NCBI GenBank assembly: GCA_026417515.1
Contig: JAOADC010000001.1
Location: 4,779 to 68,778 of the forward strand
Direction: 5' to 3'
Source: Actinomycetota bacterium
GTDB lineage: Bacteria > Actinomycetota > Aquicultoria > SKW223
Length of the DNA: 64,000 bases
Made by a program: the position numbers and the translations under genes. The notes beneath the pieces are model-generated. The model did no database searches. It was given only the letters and a program-made list of their open reading frames with translations, and was not told the DNA's origin. Each line of letters begins with the position of its first letter. The stretch's first letter is position 1. Below are positions 1-7,717 of the stretch, one piece after another.

Positions 1-789
1 TTCTTCACCAACTTCAACGACTTCAGCCATTTTAAAGAATCTTGAAATCGCTTCCTCAATTTGATGTTCTTCAGCCTTAACTGGCTTTATGTCAAAACCG
101 GTAAGAATCGAAAGCGTATCTATAACAAAAATATCCTTTGGATTTGCCATAGCAACTACCAGTTCTCCGCCTTCAAAAGCAATTGGAATGATTTTATGTT
201 TTCTTGCTATCTCTTCTGTCGTTGTCATAACAGCGTTAGGATCGATGTTGTATCTATTGAGATCAACGCTTTCAATAATTGCGGTCTTAAGTGAAAACGT
301 ATCAATTTCTGTTGCTTCTAAGTGTTCTGATTCGGTTTTTAAATTCTTTTCTTCTTCGACTAATGGCTTGTAATAGAGATCGATTGCTGTATCGATTTCT
401 TCCTTAATTGCAACTGCAGGCCTTATTTCCAATCCTGTCATAGTTTTGATTTCTTCGATAGCAATGATGTCCTTAGGATTAGTCATTGCAAGAATAAGGG
501 AATTGCCCTCTATTTTTACTGGAAAGACTGAGTACTTGCGGGCAATTTCTTCTGATACAGAAGATATGGCAGACTGGTCAGGGCTGAATGATTCGAAATC
601 TATAAAAGGTAAACCTATCTGCTCAGCGATTTTCTTTGCAAGATCCTTTTGAGCAACAAACCCAAGGTAGACAAGAGCAGAACTTAAAGGAAGCCCCATT
701 TTTTGTCTCAATTCTTCAGCTTCCTTTAACTGCTCCTGTGTTATCAAACCAGATTCGAGAAGTATTTGCGCTAGGCTTTTCTTCGTCAT
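1..789 (-). CDS. N-terminal part of a GspE/PilB-family protein with tandem T2SSE_N (MshEN-like) domains; the C-terminus lies beyond the window start
   Basis: Manual reverse translation from ATG at 789 gives MTKKSLAQILLESGLITQEQLKEAEELRQKMGLPLSSALVYLG...GLPFIDF... followed by a second ...IPIAFEGGELVVAMANPKDIFVIDTL... block. These look like two copies of the T2SS protein E N-terminal fold. The ORF runs off the window edge and is absent from the ORF track. Confidence 0.5.
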   Translation of the reverse strand, partial: MTKKSLAQILLESGLITQEQLKEAEELRQKMGLPLSSALVYLGFVAQKDLAKKIAEQIGLPFIDFESFSPDQSAISSVSEEIARKYSVFPVKIEGNSLILAMTNPKDIIAIEEIKTMTGLEIRPAVAIKEEIDTAIDLYYKPLVEEEKNLKTESEHLEATEIDTFSLKTAIIESVDLNRYNIDPNAVMTTTEEIARKHKIIPIAFEGGELVVAMANPKDIFVIDTLSILTGFDIKPVKAEEHQIEEAISRFFKMAEVVEVGEE

Positions 790-816
790 ATTATCTTCTT
801 ATCGTCCTTTATTAAC

Positions 817-1332
817 TTATCTTAATAGGAATAGAATTTTTTCAATGAGTCGTTCAATCGTTGATTTAACATCCATTTTATTTCTTGGATCTAGCGTAAA
901 TATTTCTCTATCATCCATACCCAAAGTATTGGCAATTTGAAAGATATCACCAGTTTCAAGTGGCTTCAAATCAACTTTTGTAACTGCAATGACGTGAGGC
1001 AAATTAGCGATTTTTATCAAAGTTCTGTAATGAGTCATAATATCAAGAATGTCATATCCTGTCGCAGGAATTAAGTAGATAAATCCCAAGGCTCCATTTC
1101 TAACGATTTCCCAAATGAATGAAAATCTATCCTGTCCTGGTAAACCATAAATATGAATCTCTCTTTCGCTATCTATGGTTATAACACCAAAGTCAAAAGC
1201 AACTGTTGTTTTTCTGTCTTTCGATTTAACATCAGTATCGAGTGGAATGATTTCACTGACGGTTTGAACAAAAGTAGTTTTGCCTGCATTTGGAGGACCT
1301 GCAACAAAAAACTTATAAACTTTCTTCTTCAT
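817..1332 (-). CDS. MglA-like small Ras-superfamily GTPase
   Basis: P-loop GPPNAGKTT, switch-I Thr region (KTTVAFDFG), switch II HIYGLPGQ with no Asp (as in MglA TVPGQ), G4-like TKVD, about 170 aa. Confidence 0.65.
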   Translation of the reverse strand: MKKKVYKFFVAGPPNAGKTTFVQTVSEIIPLDTDVKSKDRKTTVAFDFGVITIDSEREIHIYGLPGQDRFSFIWEIVRNGALGFIYLIPATGYDILDIMTHYRTLIKIANLPHVIAVTKVDLKPLETGDIFQIANTLGMDDREIFTLDPRNKMDVKSTIERLIEKILFLLR

Positions 1333-1368
1333 AAAAAGATTTTAACTTATGATAAGGAACCTGTTTTG

Positions 1369-2316
1369 TTAAAGTTCCTTTAAAGTCTTCAAAATGCTTT
1401 CGAGTTCCTTTTTAGTATTTTCTGAAGATTCGATTGTTGTTTCTAAGGTTCCTGTAATCGCAGCAAGCTCATCAATCAAACTTTCTTCATCCAGGGTCTC
1501 TTCTATCTCTGAAGGTGTTTCTATTAACTCTTCCTTTTCTTCTACAGATTCTTTTCTTATCTGTTGCACTATCTTTTCGGTTTCCTGCTCAGAAGGAAGA
1601 GATTCTCTTGCTTCTTCTTTCAGTTCTTCATTTTTGGCTACAATCAGGCCTTTTTCCATTAGATTCGTTGCAAGGGTTATTGCTGTCAATAGGGATATGC
1701 CTGAATTTTTGGCAACTTCCTCAATAGTCATTCCTGGTTTCCAGGCGCTAAGAAACTTCCATTCCTTACCAGTAATGATAATATCTTCATCAGGAGATAT
1801 GTTCTTGTTGAGTTCGATAACAGTCTTTAAAGTCTTTGCGTGCTCTGAAAATCTTTTAAAGACTTCTGAGTGTTTTCTAACCTTTTCAAGAAAACGAGTT
1901 GTGTCTATGGTTACTCCCCAATCTTCTCCGGTTCTTTTTTCGTTATTCTTGAAAACAAAAGTTCCTTCTGACCAGGAAAATATATCAGCGGTCTGTTCAA
2001 CCAACTCATCAAAAATCATCTGGGCAACTTTTTTTCTGGCTTCTTCGCTCAGGTTTGCCGTTTCAGGAGGAAAGATCTTACCTGATTTTATTTTTTGAGC
2101 GATATCTTCTTCTATAATTCCACTATTTAGCACCTTTTCTGTTATTGAAATCGGTTTGGAACCTCTATGGACAAAATAGAGGCTTCCTTTTTTAAAGTAA
2201 AGAACAGCCGCTTCAGGACCATTCTGGATTTCCAACGCACCTGTTTTCTTACCAGCTTCAATAAATCGAACTATCTCATCAAGTTGGAAATCCTTTATGT
2301 TTCCTTTCAGAGACAT
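1369..2316 (-). CDS. DUF4388 (PATAN-like) domain protein with an acidic Glu/Ser/Thr-rich C-terminal tail
   Basis: N-terminal NIKDFQLDEIVRFIEAGKKTGALEIQNG...YFKKGSLYF matches the DUF4388 signature. A possible HTH-like segment is MTIEEVAKNSGISLLTAITLATNLMEKGLIV. The last ~90 aa are low-complexity E/S/T/K. Confidence 0.55.
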   Translation of the reverse strand: MSLKGNIKDFQLDEIVRFIEAGKKTGALEIQNGPEAAVLYFKKGSLYFVHRGSKPISITEKVLNSGIIEEDIAQKIKSGKIFPPETANLSEEARKKVAQMIFDELVEQTADIFSWSEGTFVFKNNEKRTGEDWGVTIDTTRFLEKVRKHSEVFKRFSEHAKTLKTVIELNKNISPDEDIIITGKEWKFLSAWKPGMTIEEVAKNSGISLLTAITLATNLMEKGLIVAKNEELKEEARESLPSEQETEKIVQQIRKESVEEKEELIETPSEIEETLDEESLIDELAAITGTLETTIESSENTKKELESILKTLKEL

Positions 2317-2333
2317 CTAAATATCTCCTTTTT

Positions 2334-3257
2334 TTAATCAAACAATCCTTTAAGCGTCTTTTTGAGTGATGATAATTCATAAAAAACCAGGCCGAGTTTT
2401 GCATATTTGCTTGTTGAAACAACTAGTAACATATCTTCAGTGATATAGCTTAGAAGCACATACCCATTAGCACCTTCAACAAATACAGTTTCAAGGTTGC
2501 CCTTTTCCAATTCTTTGGAGGCTCTCTCACCAAGCGAGATTATGGCTGCTGACATTGCTCCAAGTTTACTCTCATCAGATCCTTCTGGAAGATCAGAAGC
2601 AATCACAAATCCATCGCTTGACACTATGGCTGCCGCTTGAAAATCTGGTGAAACCTCTAAGAAACTCCTTAAAATATTGTTTATCTCTTCTTGCTTAAAT
2701 TTTGTTACCATTTCATCCCCCTGATTCATAAGATTTTCATAATATTCATTCTCTTCTTCATCTCGTTTTTCTTCAAGAGAAGATACCTGTTCTGCTTCGA
2801 TTTTATTTTTTACCGATTCCTGGTCATTTTGAAGAACTTCGACTTGTGATCCATCCGTTGTTACCATTTCTTCTTCCTTGCTCGAAAATTCTTCGATTTC
2901 TCCTTCATTTTCATAAACCTGTTCAGTTTTTTGGGTAGCATCTGTTTCCTCAATAGATACTGATTCCTTTTCAACTTCGTAGCTATCTGCTGCCTTAATT
3001 TCTTCTTCCAGGTTTTCATCAATTATGGTAGAGGGTTCAATCACATTTTCTTTTTCTTCCAATGTAGAATCTTCCTCAAGTATGCTCACAAAATCGTCTT
3101 TTTTAGCGTTCTCTCCGTTTTTACTTACATTATCTTTGGAATCCAATTCGATAATTTCGAAGTCGGCGGTATCAAGTATGTCAAGGTCGTCGATTAAGGT
3201 GAAATCGCCATCTACTTCTGGAAAATCCCAATCGTTTTTTCCTGCCATCTGCTTCAC
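2334..3257 (-). CDS. Roadblock/LC7 (MglB-like) domain protein with an acidic, disordered N-terminal region of about 190 aa
   Basis: The C-terminal ~110 aa (ILRSFLEVSPDFQAAAIVSSDGFVIASDLPEG...AMSAAIISLG...GYVLLSYITEDMLLVVSTSKYAKLGLVFYEL) fits the Robl_LC7 pattern. The N-terminal half is D/E/S-rich low complexity. Confidence 0.6.
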   Translation of the reverse strand: MKQMAGKNDWDFPEVDGDFTLIDDLDILDTADFEIIELDSKDNVSKNGENAKKDDFVSILEEDSTLEEKENVIEPSTIIDENLEEEIKAADSYEVEKESVSIEETDATQKTEQVYENEGEIEEFSSKEEEMVTTDGSQVEVLQNDQESVKNKIEAEQVSSLEEKRDEEENEYYENLMNQGDEMVTKFKQEEINNILRSFLEVSPDFQAAAIVSSDGFVIASDLPEGSDESKLGAMSAAIISLGERASKELEKGNLETVFVEGANGYVLLSYITEDMLLVVSTSKYAKLGLVFYELSSLKKTLKGLFD

Positions 3258-3268
3258 CTACCCCTAAC

Positions 3269-4942
3269 CTATGATACTACTCTTAAGACCTCTTCTATTG
3301 ATGTTATACCCTTCATAACTTTGTGTAATCCGCACTCAAGCATTGTACGCATGCCCTCTTCCTTTGCCTTTTCTGTAATCTCATCAGTAGTTGCTTTTCC
3401 AAGAACAAGTTCTCTAATTTGATCTGAATTCTTTAATACTTCATACAAACCTGTTCTCCCTTTGTACCCTGTCTTTGAACAATAATCGCAACCCCTTGGC
3501 TTGTATAAAGCATCTATCTTAGAAATATCTTCGTCAGAAAATCCGACAGACTTAAGAAAATCGCTATCTGGTTTGTATGGTTCTTTGCAGTAGTCGCACA
3601 ATTTTCTTGCCAATCTCTGTGCAACAACACAATCAATAGCTGATGAGATGAGGAAAGGTTCAATGCCCATCTCAATCAAACGAGTAAATACACCAGCAGC
3701 ATTGTTTGTGTGAAGAGTACTTAAAACCAAGTGTCCTGTGAGGGCTGATTCTATGGCAATTGTTGCTGTTTCTGCATCTCTGATTTCTCCTATCATCACA
3801 ATATCAGGGTCGTTTCTTAAGATGGACCTTAATGCTGTGGCGAACGTCAGTCCAGCTTGAGGATTAACTTGAACCTGATTGATGCCCTCTAAACGATACT
3901 CGACAGGGTCTTCAACAGTGATGATATTCCTTCCAACATCGTTAATCATATTAAGAGATGAGTAAAGGGTGGTAGTCTTACCACTTCCAGTCGGTCCTGT
4001 AACAATTATTGCGCCCCATGGTCTTTTTATGGCATCCTTAAAGACTTCTAATTGTTCAGGGAGAAACCCGAGTGAATCAAGTTCAATCATTATGCTGCCT
4101 TTTTCAAGTATTCTCAACACAGCTGCTTCTCCATGGATAGTAGGAAAAGTGGCAACTCTGAAATCTACCTGCCGTCCATCTATCAACATATTTATTCTTC
4201 CATCCTGAGGGACTCTTTTTTCTGCAATATTCATATTCGCTAAAATTTTGATTCTAGTGATTATCCCAAGTTGAGTGGATTTAGCTGTCTTCATTATTTC
4301 GTGGTAAACTCCGTCTATTCTGTATCTTACACGAACTTCGTTTTCGTGAGGTTCAATAATAATATCAGAGGCTCTTGAACGCACACCTTCAGTAAGAATA
4401 GCATTGACCAGTTTCACTATTGGCGCATCTTCCGACTCAACCTCTTCCATGACTTTCATTTCTTCATTTGTTTCTTCTTCAAGACCTATTTCAGTGAATT
4501 CTTTAACATCAGCGTCCAAGCGTGTCATCATCTCAATAGAATTGGAGATCTCGCTCTCAGTTGAAACATAGGGTTCAATTTCATAACCTGTGATTACCTT
4601 TAAATCATCGATTGCCAAGACGTTAGACGGGTCAGATATAGCAACCTTCAATTTATTACCCTTAAGCTCAAATGGCATAATATTGTACTTTCGAATAACG
4701 TCCTCTGGTACCAGAGCCAGTACAGTTGGGTCTATCTGAATGTTTGAGAGTTCTATGTATTCATAACCCAATGCCTTCGCCAGAGATTCGGCAACCATTC
4801 TCTCTGATGCAAATCCCTTTTCAGCAATAACCCTCACCAAGGATTTACCGTCAATTTCGCGCAGTATCTCGTTTAACTGTTCATTGGAAATTATTCCAAG
4901 TCTTACAAGTTCTTTTCCTAATGCCCTGGCCTTCTTATTCAT
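3269..4942 (-). CDS. pilB: Type IV pilus / type II secretion assembly ATPase, PilB/GspE family, with an MshEN-like N-domain
   Basis: Walker A GPTGSGKTTTLYS, Asp/His boxes, a C-terminal tetracysteine motif (CDYC...CDYC) and N-terminal ALGKELVRLGIISNEQLNEIL (T2SSE_N). Length 557 aa. Confidence 0.85.
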   Translation of the reverse strand: MNKKARALGKELVRLGIISNEQLNEILREIDGKSLVRVIAEKGFASERMVAESLAKALGYEYIELSNIQIDPTVLALVPEDVIRKYNIMPFELKGNKLKVAISDPSNVLAIDDLKVITGYEIEPYVSTESEISNSIEMMTRLDADVKEFTEIGLEEETNEEMKVMEEVESEDAPIVKLVNAILTEGVRSRASDIIIEPHENEVRVRYRIDGVYHEIMKTAKSTQLGIITRIKILANMNIAEKRVPQDGRINMLIDGRQVDFRVATFPTIHGEAAVLRILEKGSIMIELDSLGFLPEQLEVFKDAIKRPWGAIIVTGPTGSGKTTTLYSSLNMINDVGRNIITVEDPVEYRLEGINQVQVNPQAGLTFATALRSILRNDPDIVMIGEIRDAETATIAIESALTGHLVLSTLHTNNAAGVFTRLIEMGIEPFLISSAIDCVVAQRLARKLCDYCKEPYKPDSDFLKSVGFSDEDISKIDALYKPRGCDYCSKTGYKGRTGLYEVLKNSDQIRELVLGKATTDEITEKAKEEGMRTMLECGLHKVMKGITSIEEVLRVVS

Positions 4943-5771
4943 ATTCGTTTTCCACCGATATGTATAATTTATCCTTATCGATATTTATATCGGCGACTTT
5001 TTCAATTGCATTAACTGCTTGATATACAAGCATTTTCAGCCCATTTGAAACCTTAATACCTCTTTCTTTTGCCATTTTTAAGAGCAATGTTTCTTTTGGG
5101 TTGTAAATCAGGTCTAAAACCATACCATCTTGGGATACTTTTAAGATAAGGTCAGAACCAAACGGTAATTCATTAACATTTGGATACATACCTGCAGGTG
5201 TGGCATTTACTAGTAAATCCAATTCATCTAAAACTTCTTCTGGATTTTCAATAAGGATAATATTTGCCCTTGAAAATGATTGTAGAAAATCCTTCAATGA
5301 TTTAAGTGCCCTCTCCTTGTTCCTAACAACCACAAATATTCTTTCAAAACTAAGGTCCTTAAGTAAGGTCATACAGGTCCGTGCAGCACCGCCATATCCA
5401 ATAACAGCAGCTGCCTTTCTTTTTGAAGAAATATGGTCTCTAATGCTTCCTTCGAGTCCAAAATAATCAGTATTCTCTGAAGCAATTTTTCCTTCGCTTA
5501 GATATAGGAAGTTGGCATTTTGGGTTCTTAAAACAACATCTGATTTCAACTCAGATAGATAAAATGCGTCAACCTTATACGGTATTGTTACATTTATTCC
5601 ATCATAGCCATTTTCAAGTAATTCAGAGCATATGTTGTAAAACAGACGTCTTGTTGGAATCTCAAAAATTCGATAATCACCTTTGATTTTTGCCATCTCA
5701 AATATTTTCTTATAGATGAGAGGAGAAATAGTGTGTGATAGGGGATGCCCTACAAGTGCAAATTTAATCAT
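4935..5771 (-). CDS. aroE: Shikimate dehydrogenase
   Basis: N-terminal ALVGHPLSHTISP motif (AroE GxPxxHSxSP), NAD(P)-binding Gly-rich region IGYGGAART, 278 aa. Confidence 0.8.
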   Translation of the reverse strand: MIKFALVGHPLSHTISPLIYKKIFEMAKIKGDYRIFEIPTRRLFYNICSELLENGYDGINVTIPYKVDAFYLSELKSDVVLRTQNANFLYLSEGKIASENTDYFGLEGSIRDHISSKRKAAAVIGYGGAARTCMTLLKDLSFERIFVVVRNKERALKSLKDFLQSFSRANIILIENPEEVLDELDLLVNATPAGMYPNVNELPFGSDLILKVSQDGMVLDLIYNPKETLLLKMAKERGIKVSNGLKMLVYQAVNAIEKVADINIDKDKLYISVENEYE

Positions 5772-6292
5772 TTGCCTTCACCTAAGAATATTGTACTTGA
5801 ACTATTTATCCAATTTTTAATGAGTCTTCCCTCGATCAATCTCAATAGTTTAGTATGAGGTAAATCACTTTTTGAGAGTGGTAGTACTAGTATGCACCTT
5901 ATTCCCAATCTCTTGCTCATAAGCAAATCAGTAAATACCTGATCTCCGATTACAACAGCTTTTTCTTTTTCGATTCTGTTTTCTCGTAGCAATTTTTTTA
6001 TTCTTCTTAGAAAAGGTTTTCCGGCAGGAGCAATCAGTCCATCACAATAAAGATCTCTGGCGATTTTATTAGCCCTTTTACTCAGACTATTTGATACTAG
6101 AAATATGCGATATCCTTTTTTCTTTAGAGAAAGAATCCATTCCTTGGTTTTTTGAGGTACTTCTGTTTTATCTCTTTCAACTATCGTGTTATCAATGTCA
6201 AGCAGTATGTCAGAGACGCTTAATTCTTTCAGAACCTTATCAGTAATATAGGATATATCCTTAACAATAAATTGTGGCGCAAGGCTTTTCAC
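5768..6292 (-). CDS. yqeG: HAD-superfamily phosphatase, YqeG family
   Basis: HAD motif I DIDNTIV, VSNS motif, GDQVFTD motif IV. It lies upstream of aroE as in Firmicutes. Confidence 0.7.
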   Translation of the reverse strand: MKSLAPQFIVKDISYITDKVLKELSVSDILLDIDNTIVERDKTEVPQKTKEWILSLKKKGYRIFLVSNSLSKRANKIARDLYCDGLIAPAGKPFLRRIKKLLRENRIEKEKAVVIGDQVFTDLLMSKRLGIRCILVLPLSKSDLPHTKLLRLIEGRLIKNWINSSSTIFLGEGK

Positions 6293-7308
6293 CTTCTATA
6301 CCTCGCCTTAGCTTTCAAGAACTCACTGTAGGTTTCTGCAAAGTAGTGTCTTCCGCTTTCATCTTTGAGTACAAAATAAATGAAGTCTGTACTCGCAGGA
6401 TTCATTGCAGCATTTAAAGACTCTTTTCCTGGATTGCAAATTGGCCCTGGAGGAAGTCCTTCATAAAGGTATGTGTTGTATGGTGATTCAATTTTTAAAT
6501 CTTCGTTGGTAAGCGAGGGTTTTGAAAAACCAAGTGCATATTCGACCGTCGCACAACTTTGAAGTTTCATTCCTTTTTTCAACCTATTGTAAAAAACTGA
6601 GGCAATTATGGGTCGCTCTTCATCAACCTTGGCTTCCTTCTCAACGATTGACGCAATTATTAACTTTTCGTAAAAACCTTTAACAGGCTTTCCGTCCTGG
6701 CTGATTAGACCGACTTCTAAAGCTTTTTTTTCAAAGTTTTCAAGCATTTTAATTACTGCTTCTCTTTCAGATTCTTGAGGCTTTAAGTAATAGGTATCTG
6801 GAAAAAGGAGTCCTTCGAGTGAGTTTCCTGGAACCTCAAGTAGAAAGGGATACCTACTTACAAATTCATTTTTTGAACTGTTCAAGTAGTTAAGTATTTC
6901 CCGTGAATCCCTCTTTAGAACAAGAGAGAGTCTTTCAGCCACCTGCCTGTTTGTAAATCCCTCAGGTATGGTTATCTTTACTTGCTCGACTATAGGACCT
7001 TTCTTAATAGTCAAAAGAACATCTTCGTAACTTGAATTTTCAAAAAACCTATACCTACCAGGTGATAACATCCTATCTATTCCATCTTTTTCAGCTTTCT
7101 TACGAAGAATGAAGGCTGAACTGACAACTTTTTCCTTTTCAAGGATTTCAGATAGCTCATAAAACGACATACCTTGCTTAACCTCAATTATCTTCTCTTT
7201 TCCTCTTCCCGATTTTCCATTTTCATTAAAAAGGACGGGAAGAGCAGCCAGTATGAATCCAACTATAGCAATCAGTACAAGGATTCGAACGCCTATCTTA
7301 GCTCTCAT
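6289..7308 (-). CDS. mltG: Endolytic murein transglycosylase MltG (YceG-like)
   Basis: N-terminal TM, YceG signature SPYNTYLYEGLPPGPICNPG, 339 aa, located downstream of alaS-ruvX. Confidence 0.8.
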   Translation of the reverse strand: MRAKIGVRILVLIAIVGFILAALPVLFNENGKSGRGKEKIIEVKQGMSFYELSEILEKEKVVSSAFILRKKAEKDGIDRMLSPGRYRFFENSSYEDVLLTIKKGPIVEQVKITIPEGFTNRQVAERLSLVLKRDSREILNYLNSSKNEFVSRYPFLLEVPGNSLEGLLFPDTYYLKPQESEREAVIKMLENFEKKALEVGLISQDGKPVKGFYEKLIIASIVEKEAKVDEERPIIASVFYNRLKKGMKLQSCATVEYALGFSKPSLTNEDLKIESPYNTYLYEGLPPGPICNPGKESLNAAMNPASTDFIYFVLKDESGRHYFAETYSEFLKAKARYRR

Positions 7309-7717
7309 CAGATACCTTTCCTTGCATTTCTAAGAAGGTTTCAAGGATCAACTTTGCTGCAACCTCATTCAGTTTCTTTCGATTTCGTTTGACATTTGCA
7401 TCTCTTAAGATTCTTGTTGCCTCAATTGTTGTCAATCTTTCATCGATTTCATAAACTGGAATGTCAAGCATTTCCCTCAACATTTTAATAATGCTTAAAA
7501 CACTCTTTGTTTGTATTGAATCCTTGCCCTTAAGAGTTTTTGGTACTCCAATTACGACGGCTTGAGCACCAACTTCCTTAACTTTTTTAAATATCGAATT
7601 TGCAACTTCATTTAGATTGGACTCGATTATTCCACTTTCAGATGGTATGGTACCTGTGCGGTCTGAAACTGCAAATCCAGTATACTTGCTTCCGACATCA
7701 AAGGCAATGACTTTCAA
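7298..7717 (-). CDS. ruvX: Putative pre-16S rRNA nuclease / Holliday junction resolvase-like RuvX (YqgF)
   Basis: IAFDVGSKYTGFAVSD N-terminus, about 139 aa, immediately downstream of alaS. Confidence 0.85.
   Translation of the reverse strand: MKVIAFDVGSKYTGFAVSDRTGTIPSESGIIESNLNEVANSIFKKVKEVGAQAVVIGVPKTLKGKDSIQTKSVLSIIKMLREMLDIPVYEIDERLTTIEATRILRDANVKRNRKKLNEVAAKLILETFLEMQGKVSDES

Noticed and set aside
1394-2098. 234-aa plus-strand ORF, Ser/Leu/Phe-rich
   Set aside because: Entirely antisense to the well-supported DUF4388 gene, whose GAA/AAG-rich codons generate an open Ser/Phe/Leu frame on the opposite strand. Low-complexity translation with no motif.
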